From contig NC_068984.1 in assembly GCF_001194135.2 (NCBI RefSeq), forward strand, positions 70,182,235 through 70,246,234: a DNA stretch of 64,000 bases, read 5' to 3'. The notes beneath the pieces were generated by a model, which worked only from the letters and a program-made list of their open reading frames with translations, was not told where the DNA came from and did not search any database. A program made the position numbers and the translations under genes. The stretch is from Octopus bimaculoides (lineage: Eukaryota). Below, in pieces: positions 37,336-52,500 of the stretch (its first letter is position 1; every line of letters begins with the position of its first letter).

Positions 37336-39267
37336 CTGTGTGTGGTGAAAAAAGATAAAAAGATAAATAAAAGGAAAAGATGAAAAAAAAAAAATAATGA
37401 AGAAAAATGTAAAATTTCAAATAAAAAAGCAAAATAATCTTTTGAATATCAAAATATATTTTGGTCATTAAATTATTGTGTATTACACAATGTTGATCTA
37501 TGGGGATAGCATGGTTGAAAATGTTCTTTAGTTTGTCAAAATAACAATTTCATTCCATCAATAGAACATTAGGAAGAGTGAACACATGGATGTATATAAT
37601 CATCTCTTTTCTAAGCATCTAAATATGACAAGAGTTTTATTGCCTGTGTTATCCTACCTAAGTACAAAAAGCAATGGAATAAAATAAACTATTTTTAATC
37701 ATATGAAACATGGTAATAATTTATCCAAGCACAATATGTGTGATCAGGAATGATAATTTATTGCAGGATGCCCTGAGCAATGTCAACTGTTTTATGTGAA
37801 AACATTTTAGATTAGGATATGTCATCACAAAAATGTTTTTTGTGTTATGTCTTTCTGAGGATGGATGAGTCAACATTAATAATTCCAACCCTGTTTACTA
37901 AATTATATTTAATTCTTGTTGCAGAAAAAAATGGCAGAGGAGACAGTACTAAAATTCTAATTAAAATTAAATATGCTATACTGTTGTAAATCTGATATTT
38001 AGCAGTAAGGTGACAACTTTATATATGTTTTGGTCTTCTTAGATCATATCAATGAATCTAAGTCCTGTCAATGATTTCAAGAGCTTAGAATCATTAGAGA
38101 GTTATATATTTTATGTTAATGAACAGTGAGTGGTGTAAGAACTCATATACAAAAATGAGTAGTGTAAAATATCTAGGTAATACACTGTATGTAAATTGAT
38201 AATAGTGACATGGGAGTCAGCATGCTTAATGTATAAGAAATATTAATTGATAAAAGTTACACATAAAAGCAATATGAACATTTGTTATCTAAAACTTACA
38301 TACCTATAGTGTGATCTGACTCATTCTTAGGCCTGAGGGTTTGAAGAATATATTGTCATTTCTCATCATATATACAAATATTTGCAGTTATCTACAATAT
38401 CACAGATTAACTACGGCATATGAATTCATATATCAGACACTGGCCAAAAATAACAGTTTGAAAACTTTGCTTTAAATAGAGAAATCTTATGATTTCAAGA
38501 CAAGAAGCAGTCCCCCTCAACCACCTTTGCACCCAACTCAGAATGCAAAGGTATGAGCTTGTTACTGCATGTTCAAAGTCTAGTATTGATTAAACCTCTT
38601 CATCCCTTCATAATTATCCTGTGTGTAATTGTTCTATATGCTAACTATCTATACATTAACATGCAGACAATATTTCTATGCTATATAAACATTTGAATAA
38701 TACATACTAATTTTATAGCTGTTTTAAATGAGTTTTAACTCAACTAGGGCTTTATAGTTATATCATACATGCATATGCACAAGTATATTGATTGCTTCAG
38801 ATTAAGTACAAGGGATTAAAGGGGAAGGAAAAGAGAGATGCTTGTATCTTAGCTAAGGACATTAAAAGTGTAAGTAAATGGAGATGACATCAACCAGGAA
38901 GTGAATCCTTGTTACAGACAAATTTGATGGTGATTTTGCTCTGTTATATTTAAATCATTGTGTGGGTTGTTCAATGATTTAGATCATACATATTCCTGTT
39001 CAGTATGTCTTACTATAGACATAAGCATTATCTAATTGATTGAGCAGTTGGGATTTCATGAGACGGCTGTGAGAGTGCATCACATATGCATACATATATC
39101 CAAATCTATTCTTACATATCTACGTATAACAGGTTGAGGGATTCAGCACCCAATTACATGGCTTTACGTTCAGTCCCACTTCAGAGCCTCCTGGGCTGAC
39201 CAAATCCTTCTCTAGATTGTCAGCTACTCACAAACCTTTGTTTCTCTTTTCCCATTATATGCTTATA

Positions 39268-40143
39268 CAAGATTTGATCAATAAGTATCCGGACTATTAC
39301 CATAGTAACGAAGCTAAAGCATGCAGAGGAAAGCCGCTTGGTACAAATTGACTTTGAACTCTGTTGTGTATGTGCACGAAGTTCTAAAGTTCTAACTCAC
39401 TTCCGCTATTTGCAGCAGTGATTAGAAAGAAGGTGTGTAGTGTGTGATCATTGCATTGACCATGACAGAAAATGTTGTCATGGCGATACCTGCTCAGAAG
39501 CCTCCGCAAAATTGCAGAAAGTGTATGGAGAGGAGTTTATGAGCTGCATACAAGTGTGCAAGTGGTTCAGGTGTTTCCAAATGGCCAAAAATATGTAGAT
39601 ATTGACGAACGTTCTGGGAGACCCGCAACCAGCAGAAGTAAGAAAAACATCACAGATGTGCATGCAGCTGTGAGGGAAATCGTCGAATCACCATCTGTGA
39701 ATTATCCGAGGAGGTGTAGATTAGTTACGGTTCAGTTAGGGCCATTCTTTCTCAAGATTTGGGTATGAAACGCGTATCTGCCAAGTTTGTACCAAAATTG
39801 CTTTCAGCTGACCAAAAAGACAATCGGATTTCAATTGCACAAAATCTCCTTCATTGTGTCGTGTATGTTGAAAACTTTTAGGAAACTTTGTGTAGGCCTC
39901 TGAGCAGGTATCTCCAAGTTTATGGCAAAATTTGATGGAGATTCTTTGCTCAACTTTCTTTGTCATGGTCAATGTGAACATCACATGCTACACACATTCC
40001 TTTGAAGCACTGCTGTAAACAGTAGGAAGGAGCTAGAACATTAAATTTTAGTGCACACGCACAGCAGAATTCAAGGTCGCTTTACTCTGTATTCTAGCTT
40101 TGTTATTATAGCGACAGTCTGGATACTTATTGATCAGACCACG
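39268..40143. mobile_element. fold-back mariner derivative made of two 5' ends
   Basis: TA-flanked TIRs. The plus arm encodes GDTCSEASAKLQKVYGEE...DERSGRPATS...DLGMKRVSAKFVPKLL; the minus arm encodes MTKKVEQRISIKFCHKLGDTCSEAYTK. Confidence 0.88.
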
Positions 40144-40149
40144 TATATT

Positions 40150-40740
40150 CAGGGGTTGGACAAAATAATGGAAACACCTAGCATCATAGCATCATAATTT
40201 TGAAATATTTATAAAACCAGTAAAAGCTTGTTTACTTTTATGATTTTCTGATTTATTATTGGTGTTGCTTAATGTTTTGCTACAATTGATGTTTCTTTTC
40301 AGATATCAGAAAAAGGTAATTCGAATTCATTAAAATGACAGCTCTATGGTTGCAGAACTGTTTCTGGATGGAAACGCAATCTTTAAGGATCATAATGCAC
40401 CAATTCACACAGCTAAAGTTGTTACTAAATGGCACAAGGAACATTCTAGTGAAGTCGAATATTTTATCTGGTCACCACAATCCCCATATCTCAATATTAT
40501 TGAACATTTATGGTGCATTTTAGAAAAACAAGTAAGGAGTTGATATCCTCCACCACCATGACTACAATAACTGGAGACTGTTTTAGTTGAAAAATAGACA
40601 AAATTTCCTTTCGAAACAATTTAAACTTTGTAGGAGTCCATACCTCATAGAATTCAAGCTGTAATTAATTACTGCCAAAGGCGGTCCTACCCCATATTAA
40701 AATTAATTTGTTTGAAATTTTAAGATATTTCCATCCCCTG
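40150..40740 (+). mobile_element. internally deleted Tc1-like element (DD36E family, same as 26610)
   Basis: Termini caggggttggacaaaataatggaaacac ... atttccatcccctg|ta; GNAIFKDHNAPIHTAKVVTKWHKEHSSEVEYFIWSPQSPYLNIIEHLW. Confidence 0.88.
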
Positions 40741-40769
40741 TATATATATATATATATATTAATAATTTA

Positions 40770-42720
<1,951 letters not shown>

Positions 42721-43319
42721 AACGAACGCATTTCTCTTCCACTTTTTATATTTTTTTCCCACATATTTTCAACTCATAATCTTGCCACATGGTGTATACT
42801 GAATCTTCAGTATCTTTGCACCTTGTATATATATATATACATGCGTGGGTATCAGGGAGGGCCTGTGTATATATTTCATTACTGAATTGATTAGCAAGTA
42901 CTTTTATGTGAAACCATGTGTTGAGACTAATATTCTCCTAATTTGTGAGGAACTTTTACCAATAAATACATGCACCTGTAGTTCACATCACTTTTATTGG
43001 TAACAGATCATTTAAGTATGGAAATGGCTGAGACAATGGAAACCTGTAATCAACATCAATTGTGATACAAACAGTTATAGCAGTGGTGATACAAACAAAT
43101 ATAGCAATGATGATCTGATGTGTATATTCCACCAGGTTTCGCTTTTATAAGATGTCATAATCTCCATATACATTACTCTATCAGGACCGCAGCAACCACA
43201 TTCATCCTCTGCAGTGAAGTGGAAGTGATTGTCATGGAAGGAAGAAATCGTATGATTAGTTGCCTACAATGCTCTCATCCTGCAGCATAGCAAAACCATA
43301 GTATGTGTATAAGAGAGTG

Positions 43320-43360
<41 letters not shown>

Positions 43361-43465
43361 NNNNNNNNNNNNNNNNNNNNNNNNNNNNNNNNNNNNNNNN
43401 NNNNNNNNNNNNNNNNNNNNNNNNNNNNNNNNNNNNNNNNNNNNNNNNNNNNNNNNNNNNNNNNG

Positions 43466-43518
<53 letters not shown>

Positions 43519-43519
43519 A

Positions 43520-43670
43520 GACGTGTATTACATTTTATTGTTCCCAGAAGTATGAGGTGCAGAGTTGGCCTCTGCAGAATTGGAATTCAAAACACAAAAC
43601 TAGAACAAATAGCACAAGAGTTAGGATTTTGTTTTACTCTCGCACTCTAACAATTCTGCCAATCATGTGC
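43520..43670 (-). mobile_element. SINE family B, decayed
   Basis: Minus-strand tgattggcagaattgttag...gaattccaattctgcagaggccaactctgc. Confidence 0.55.
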
Positions 43671-45299
43671 CTTAAGTAGGAAGTAATATTTTGAAATAAA
43701 GCTCCCACATGTGTTTTCTTTATGTAATTTGTCAGCTGCAAAAAAAAAAAAGTAAAAGCAAAATTGGTTTTTCTCTAGAAATCAATTTTTATTTAATGAA
43801 AAAATTTGGGGTTTTCAATATCGAAATAAATGAAAGAAAAGAAATTGCAATTAAATGTGTAGCTGTCCCTCTACAACCAGTCTGGTGACATGCATTGAGA
43901 AATTATTATCTTCACTTGAGAATTGTTATAAAATACAAATTTTCTAACCCTTTGCATATTTTAAGACATTTTCCTCATTTTGACAGTCTGTTCTTGGACA
44001 ATTTAATGATATTTTTGAAACTTTTCTCTTTAGGTATTTTTAGTAAAAAATGTTCCAAACTATCTCCACAAATTCAAACTAAAATAATAAAGAGCAAAGT
44101 ATTTTTCCAACGGCTTATCCTTGAATTATTTTACACACGACTTTTTCTTCAATTCTTAAAGATCCATGCATTAATACCTTGATTTGTGTATAAATCAGAC
44201 CAATGACTCGATATCATATATAGTTATTTCCAAACACAATCTCACTTTCCCTTTGGCAGTAACCATTCATTTTGTATGTTTAATTCTTTTGTAAATCTCA
44301 GGTAGCTTCTTATAGAAAAAGGAAATTGCTTTTATTTTTAATGTGTGCAACTTCATTATTTCAGTAATTTTCCTATTCTAATTCCTGCTAAATGCATTGG
44401 TGCATGAATTATTGCATTAGGAATTTGGAAATGGCTACACTTTCTTTCATAAAACCTTCAAAACAAAGTACTGAAATTGCATTCCTTCAATATTTTTATG
44501 GATATTCTTAAAATGTTATACATTACTACCAGTAATATTTATTAAATTATAGAAAATTCTTCTCTTATTTTAAAAGTTTTATGTGCTACTAAAAAAATTT
44601 TGAAATGCATACTGCTATGTATATGTTTAGTTTATTTAGACAATATAGACATTCTGCTTTCCAATTTAATTTGAATTTCTTAACTAATTACTAAAAATTC
44701 AGAAGCAATTGAGTGCATTCATAGTTTATAACTTGTTTTCCAGACCATTAAAAGTGGGTACTGTAATCACCAACTAGTTGCTGTAATTACCACTAATACT
44801 ATTAATGCAAGATAGCTATGTTACATTGAATTTAATCTTCTACTCTTCAGGAATATAAATTATCACACAAATTTTATCTTGTCAAATATCTTTCAAATAT
44901 TATGTAGTCATAATAATGACACAACAGCTTGTGAAATATACTAAGGTGAAATATATTTATCAGATACAAAAAATGCAAAAAAACAATAAGGCTGTTGTAT
45001 TTCAACATTCTCGAAATAAAAGAACCCCCAAAACGTTAGAATCATAATAGACACAGAATAAAATTATTTTTTAAAGAAATTAGTCTTTTTACCTTTCTAG
45101 AACAAAATTGATTGTCTCAGTTGTTCTCTAAGGATTAAGAAGCATCTTAATTAACAGCTGATTAGTTTACTACTGAAACATTTGGAACATCAAAGCATTT
45201 ATAGTATTTGAATTTAGTATTTGTAGTTAGTGATACAAAGAAGGCACTAACAAAATTAATGATTTTTGCCCATCTCTTTATAAATGCTTCAAAGAAGAA

Positions 45300-46400
45300 T
45301 ATTAAAATTTATGGCAAGCATAATGTAATTGATGGAGAATATTTAATTGTACTTAAAAATATTTGAATCTACAATTATATTTTTCTTCCATAAAATTATG
45401 ATAGTAGCAAACGTTAATATTTAACAATATTCAGATAGAAATTTATCCAAATAGATTAGTTTAATTTTTTGGATGGCAACATATAGTGCAGTATGCTGAC
45501 AAGGTTGGTGATTTAATATTTTTTTGAAATCTCAACAAAAATTTTCATATCTTTAAATTTCTCTGCAATTTACTAAACAGCTCTCAAGCTTATATTTCTT
45601 TGCTCTTATATGACAATCTGAATAACCTATTGCTCCACCCTTATTACAAAAACAAATGGGTTAATTTCTTTATAAATATTTTTGTGTCTTCATTAGGATT
45701 TGAATTTTTTTTTTCTTCGACAGTATTCAATAATGAAAGCCTCATTCTTTTTGTACCTCATTGAAAATAGCTTCTTTAATGTATACACATCATAGAAATA
45801 TTTATAACAGGATATCTGGTAATGAGCAGGGATCTTAACTAATAGTCCACGATATGGTGACATTGCCTGACATGAATCCGGTGGCTCTTGCTATAAATAC
45901 CTGCCATGGGCTTATCCAGAATTTTCTGTATCCAGTGAAAACCATTGAAATAAGTTGACAGTGGGTGAATATGGTAATTCCCTATGGGCTGGTGATGAGT
46001 CCTTCTCTTTGGATGGCAATCATATAGAATGCTGGGTATGGGGTGAACCTTATGATGCAATAATGTGTATACTTGTTTAGTTTCGAAAAAAGTGACTTGA
46101 TAATTAATTACACAGGTGTTCAAATGTCTCAGTTAAGTATACATGTTAGTAATGTGGGGTCATAAACTTTGAGGAGTAGTTGTAGGGTCTGTCACAAATA
46201 AGGTTGTCAAATGATTGAAGGGATCTTTTCTATTTAGTGCTGACACAGAATGCTGAAGATTACTGATTTTATATTGTATTCTTGAGTTAAGAGAGAATGT
46301 TATAAGGAGGAGATGATATGAGCTTCTAGATATCACCTGATATATAATAGATAAATATTTTGATTGACAGCTACATTTCAAGTAGGCCTTCTTTTAACTC
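45300..46400 (-). mobile_element. possible very old Penelope-like RT remnant
   Basis: Scattered minus-strand motifs in expected order: YPAFYMI (cf. PxFYxLPKIHK), KGGAIG (cf. GxAMG), C(C)HPK (cf. SCHP). Many stops. Confidence 0.35.
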
Positions 46401-47115
46401 ACCATAAACATTTTAGAATCTTATATTACATAGTTGACCTCAGTTGACACCATATATATATATCAAGACAAAGTATTTGACATTTCCTTTCAGTTTAAGA
46501 GTAAATATTCACTTTATCATATCCCTTCGCTTACATTTAATATCAATTTTATTAAATATCTTTTGTTGGAAATTCTCAACAGAAGTTGAATTGATAAAAT
46601 TTACAATTGTCAACTATGTCATAATTTTCTAATATCAATATATTTTCTAAGTGATATATTTTAGTAATCAATTTTTTTATATATATCTTGTTCATTTTAT
46701 TTATATTTAATAGAATTTATTCACTAAAACTGATGATTCTGGAATGTGATTTTAAATAAATTTCCAATGTTATTCAACCTTATACTGGCATTGGAATTGA
46801 AAGATATATATGAGATGTAAAATCAATATGACTATTTATTTATTGACTTGTTTAAGAAAAAAATTTGAAGTTAAAACTTCAATATCCAAGAAAGGTTCAG
46901 TCAGCAGAAAATAAAATACTGTTTAGATTCTTAGATATAGATAAGGTTTCACAAATAAATTCTGATCACATGCCTATGTGTACAAATACAATCTAAGTTC
47001 ATTATATAGGCAAATATGAATTAACTACATATTACATTAAAAGATACATAAATATAAGCACATGAATTAATTCTCAACATGCTGATTCAGAAGTTTTACT
47101 TAAAATATATTGTCT

Positions 47116-47566
47116 AATAATAAATCTCTGAGCGATGTATAAACAGTAGCTGCACAACATCGTGAAGTATATTTGCCACTTAAATGTGTCTAATCCTTAA
47201 GGGTGGATGCTACTGTAGCTTGTAGCCCCAGGAAGACACTTCCTCCAGCTGGATATTGACACACTTTCTGTGCCCTATTAGTATTTGCAAAGGGAAGCCA
47301 TCCTTCCCATCTCCAACCTGACATGATACACATGGACATGAGTTTCTGGGTATTGACCCGTCATCAGCGTATGACAATCACCGGTTGTCGATGTGAAGTG
47401 GTTCCTAACGCAAATATATATATCCTTTTTCCAGCGATTAAACGTCACTGATCAGGAAAAAGTGTAGACAAGCAATAATAAATCTCTGAGCGAGGTATAA
47501 ACACTAGCTGCATGACATCGTGAAGTATATTTTCCACTTAAATGTGGCTAACCCTTAAGGGTGGAT
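47116..47566 (-). mobile_element. retrozyme-like unit: 358-bp monomer with about 93-bp direct terminal repeats
   Basis: 47116-47208 is repeated at 47474-47566; homologous to 22583-22752; contains a hammerhead core. Confidence 0.75.
47329..47373 (-). ncRNA. minimal type-I hammerhead ribozyme
   Basis: RNA reads CAUACG-CUGAUGA-CGGGU(CAAU)ACCCA-GAAA-C(UCAU)G-UC/CAUGUG. All core nucleotides are present, with a GUC cleavage triplet, stem I paired at 5 of 6 positions, and a 4-bp stem II with a C-A mismatch at its base. Confidence 0.7.
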
Positions 47567-47680
47567 ATACAGCTGTGGAATCTCCTTCCAGTGGAAAGTT
47601 CACCATATAAAATTTGATGACACAGCCTGGTCTCTTTCATTTTTGCTACGTGGCCCACCCATCGCAGAGGATGTTTCAAA

Positions 47681-47726
47681 ATGGTGGCCTCGATGCTGCT
47701 GATTTTTGTTCATGTGTTACATGCAG
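47681..47726 (+). CDS. candidate first coding exon (signal-peptide-like MVASMLLIFVHVLHA)
   Basis: caaaATGG start context, hydrophobic 15-mer, and cag|gtaaac phase-1 donor. No matching downstream exon found. Confidence 0.2.
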
Positions 47727-49781
47727 GTAAACATATATTCAAACTTACACAAGAAAATATGATGTATATAAATATACTGGAGTTAAAATGTTAAAATGTA
47801 TTCCATTATTTCCTGGAAGAGAAAACATTCAAATAACTTCTAATTAATTTTATTGTGTAATTAGTGATTGGTAGCATTGTATTTTTAATTACTGAGGCGT
47901 TGATGCTGATATCAAGTTTCTCATGTTAGTGTCAATGCAATATGTTAAAAATTACGTCAATGAATTTAGTAAGTTTTATTCATGACATAGAACTATATAA
48001 ATGAATTAATATAGTGCAGAGTTGTGTTATGGTACAATGGAAGTGCATAAATATGGATGAAATGTTTTGTTAAGTGGCCAATCTGTTATATGTTCCAAAC
48101 GACTTAAACTGGATCAAAAGGCTAAAACCATATGAACTTGGCATAAATTCCAGTGATTTAAGATAATCATATCAACAAAGACACCTTTACTTGGATTGTG
48201 AATTCTTATAGATAACGTAGCCTAAATTCTATAGAATCAATTTAGTGTAACGAAATATAATCCCTAGAATTTAAGGTGATTATTGACTGTCTGTCTTAGC
48301 AAGAGAATTTAGTGAAGAGTAAAATGTGAGTTATGGTGGTGTATCGAGTAAGGTTCATCAATTCCTATATGTAACACATGTTGAATTTTAATGCAACTAA
48401 TTGCTGTTGTTTAACCTGAGGCCATCTCTGGTCAAGTAGATTTAAGATGAAAATTGTTCCAGCCTTAATCACTTTATCTTTGTGTATATCTAGAATTATA
48501 ATGGACTCAGGCTCAAATGCAAATAGATGACTACTGATGACGGAATGCTTTTCAGGTTTTTTTCATTTTTCTGTAATATCTTTGAAGATAAAGCAGGTGT
48601 CTAGAGTCTTTTTCCAGGATCTGAAAAACCAAAAGGGAGGAAGAAGAGAACATAACTCATGGATTATTTTCACACTAAAGAATTGCCACAAATGCTTACA
48701 ATAATGGGAGTTCTGCTAAAAGTGCCCAAAACCAGGATGAGCAGCAAAACTTGGCAACAGAGTAAATTCACGATGCCAGATATCAATCTTATGACAAAAA
48801 GTGATAGTCTGATATCTTGAAGTTTGATAAATATGGTCCTGATTGCATTTTCATGGAGACGAAACTAAAATAAAATAAAACAACTCAAAGATGACATTTA
48901 TTTGTTTTGAAAATTAGCAGAGTGTAGTCAAAAAAATTCCAGTCTGAAACAAAATTTACTAATAATAAATATTTCACTTCTGCTTCATGAATAATGCATA
49001 TCCCTTTGGTTAGGTCATAGTATATAGTATACATTTACTTGTTTTGACCACTGCACATTTCAGTCTAATAGTTAATTGATTTCCATTTATCATTTCACAA
49101 AGTTACTATTGATATAAAGCAAAGAAGCTAATTGATGCCATTTTATAAGGGGGTATACAATCATAGCTGTATACACCTACATATATATACATACAATAGG
49201 CTTCTGCATAGATTTTCTTTACAAATTTCTACTCTCTCACATTCTCTCATTCAGTACCTGAACCTGGAAACATACGGTTGCAATACAAGCTTCTTAATCA
49301 TATTTCTATGGCTGCATATAATTGTATATTCTTGAATCTTTCCATGGATAGTAAATCGCTTTATCATAGGTAACATTTGCAATTGAGCATGTACTTAATC
49401 CTGTAAACTAGATAAACTGAAGTTTTATGCTGCTATTTAAGTTAAGGATATATCTCTTTTCCTATATGGAAATTCTAAACTGTAACTTGTTTTGCTTCTA
49501 GTGGAGATTTGAACTTAACATTGTAAGCTGATACAATGCTAAAGAAGTCAGGAGCTAACAACAGAGTTAACCATTATCTCTACCAACAATCATAAAATTA
49601 GCTGAGAGAGAGAGAGAGAGGAAGTGGGAGAAAGAAAGAGATATAGATAAAAGAGAGAGATTCTATCAGGACATATTTTGCTACATGAGTTTTATTGTGC
49701 ATTGCAGCTTTGATTAAATGCACATACAGGCATTCTCTAAGTTCTGGAAGCATTGTATTCTATAAATCTTTCTGTAATATG

Positions 49782-49868
49782 GGATTCCATAATGCAAATT
49801 GTATTTTCCCATTGACTTCCATATAACAGGAAAGAGAATGGGAAATTATTTTTGCATTGTGGAATTCT
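49782..49868. repeat. imperfect palindrome, probable MITE core
   Basis: ttccataatgcaaa..tttcccatt..tcc is inverted against gga..aatgggaaa..tttgcattgtggaa. Confidence 0.55.
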
Positions 49869-50475
49869 ATTTTGTGGCATGATCTTCAAAAGGGAAACGT
49901 TTTCCTAACATGTGGTATACTTGAATTACCTTCCATATTGGCAATGTTTCAGTTATTCAATAAAAGAAAAATACCATTTTTAACACGGAGGTATTCCCCT
50001 TAAGGAAATTTACAGGTGCATGAAACTTCGAAAGTCTAGTGTCTGCATGTCTGGTTATGAAAGTATCTATTTGTATTATTGATCAGAATGTAAGTAATTC
50101 AATATATTTTTACAGAATAAACACATCTCATTTGTTAGTTATGTTAATTATCTATGGCAAGTAAGTAAAGCACATGATGAAATTGTATGTATTTATTTCA
50201 TTATCAGAAAAGAAAATTTTAATGATTAAATGAATGACAGGAGCAAGGTTTCAGTTCATCCTATGTCCAGTGCTTAGATACTGAATTGACCACAATGGCA
50301 CCATAGGGAACTACAGTTAAAGCAAAGTGAAGTCCTTTTCATACAATGATGAAGGATGAATACATGATGAATACAATGATGAATACATGAAAGGGAAAGA
50401 GAGAAAGTGAGAGAGAGAGAGAAAGTGAGAGAGAGAGAAAGAAAGAGAGTGGAATGCCATCTACCATAGTCTCTC

Positions 50476-50870
50476 TTTTTTACTCTTTTACCTGTTTCAG
50501 TCATTTGACTGTGGCCATGCTGGAGCACCGCCTTTAGTCGAGCAAATCGACCCAAGGACTTATTCTTTGGAAGCCTAGTACTTATTCTATCGGTCTCTTT
50601 TGCCGAACCGCTAAGTTACGGGGATGTAAACACACCACCATCGGTTGTCAAGCAATGGTGGTGTGGACAATCACAGACACGCAAACACACATACATATAT
50701 ATATACATATATACTACGGGCTTCTTTCAGTTTCTGTCTACCAAATCCACTCACAAGGCTTTGGTCGGCCCGAGGCTATTGTAGAAGACACTTGCCCAAG
50801 GTGCCACGTAGTGGGGCTGAACCTGGAACCACGTGGTTGGTAAGCAAGCTACTTACCACATAGCCACTCC
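50476..50870 (-). mobile_element. SINE family A, young full-length copy
   Basis: Near-consensus reverse complement of 20967-21378 with CpGs retained. Confidence 0.92.
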
Positions 50871-51529
50871 TAACTCAGTTCAATCATGTTGTAGCTCTTA
50901 ATATTTGACAATTCTGCCAAATCAAACAGCTGGCAGCCAATAGTGACTGACATAACACTAAGCTGCATTTGTTTCTTTCTCCTGTCTATTCTCTTCCCTG
51001 TCTTCTTGAAAAATCTTATATTAGGGTTTAATGATTTACATCAAGAACCTTGATTGGTTAATTACCTAATGTTATCAAGTACATTTGAGTAATGCAAACA
51101 ATCAATTTTTGCTGACATCAATCAAGGAAAATTCATCATCTTCATGTCTATTCAAAGAAAATTAGTGGTCACCTTATTTATGGCATCATCAGTCAATATG
51201 GAGTGTTTGCATATTTATCAAAATTTTCTAATTGGAAATATTGATTCCCAGTTCCAAATTCTAAGTAGGGATTTGGTACAGAATTTTTAAAATAAAAATA
51301 AACTCAGCTTCCTTAACATATGAATAATCCACTACTTCATTCTCAGGAGATTAAGCTAATTATTATAAAATGTTGTTTCTATTATTCATCTATGAAATTA
51401 GCTATTAATAAAATATATGACACATGGTGCGAATTTAAAAAGTTTTCCAAAGTGATTTTGTGCACAGTGCGAAACCAATTTGTTCATGATTTTAAAATTT
51501 TACCTGTAAGTGGCTAGTAATGTGAAGGT

Positions 51530-51790
51530 GCAGAACCTAGTGGTCAGGCTGTTGCACTCATGATCTCTAGATCATGGGTTTGCCCTGATTGGGCAGCGTA
51601 TTTGTGTTCTTGAACAAAGCACTTCATTTTACATTGCTCCAGCACCCCTTTTTGACCAGGGGGGAGTATTGGCCTGCTCACCTAGCCAGCACTGTGGTGC
51701 CATTTGAAGGTTAAAACAATGCAAAAGCACATTGTGACCATTGATGCATAGCAACATCTTATGGCTTGGTTGGTCACATGGTCACATGTA
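51530..51790 (+). mobile_element. SINE family D
   Basis: cctagtggtcagg head; ttacattgctccag; ggttaaaacaatgc...ggttggtcacatggtcacatg, as in 34068. Confidence 0.7.
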
Positions 51791-52034
51791 AGTGGCTAGT
51801 ATCTATTTATGGGGTCTCTCTTAAATGTGGTTTTGCTTAATTTGTTTTTTGTTACTTTGTGTTGTGATTCTTTTGAAAATAGCATCGTTGATTGTTTCCC
51901 ATTGGCTGACCAATGGTTCATTGCATTTAACACAGAAAGACAAATAAAGGAATATTCTAAACTTGTTGCTGAAGAAATATAAGTACTTCATTTGAAAAAC
52001 ACTGATTTTTCAGTTTCTTGACAATATTAACATT

Positions 52035-52500
52035 CCATCATCATCATCATCATGTTTTAGCGTCCATCATCCATACTGGCATGGGTTGGACGGTTTGAAC
52101 AAGGCTGGTAAGCTGAAGAGCTGCACTAGACTCCAGTCTGATTTGGCATGGTTTCTACAGTTGGATGCCCTTTGAATGCCAACCACTCAAGAGTATAATG
52201 GGTGCTTTTATGTGCCACTGGCATGGATACCAGTTACGTGACACCAGTATCTGCCATGACCATGATTTCACTTGGCTTGATGGGTTCTCACATTCACAGC
52301 CTATTGCCAAAGTCTCGGTCATTTGTCATTTCCTCCGTGAGGCCCAGCACTTGAAAGGAGCTTTTTACATGCCATCGGCATGGGTGCTAGTTATGCAAGA
52401 CTGGCATCAGCCACATTGCCTCCATGAGGCCTAATGCTCAAGAGGTGCTTTTTCTATGCCACCCACATGGGTGCCATTTATGTGACATTTACATGACACA
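52035..52500 (-). mobile_element. RTE-family 3' end/UTR with (GAT)n tail
   Basis: catcatcatcat..tttagcgtcc...gggttggacggtttg...ggatgccctt...gccaaccac; gtcatttcctccgtgaggccc matches the ORF end. Confidence 0.8.

Noticed and set aside
48533-48560. Other CTGATGA words (also 14414, 28726, 32495, 46732, 59516)
   Set aside because: No stem II plus GAAA plus UH arrangement follows, so these are not hammerheads.
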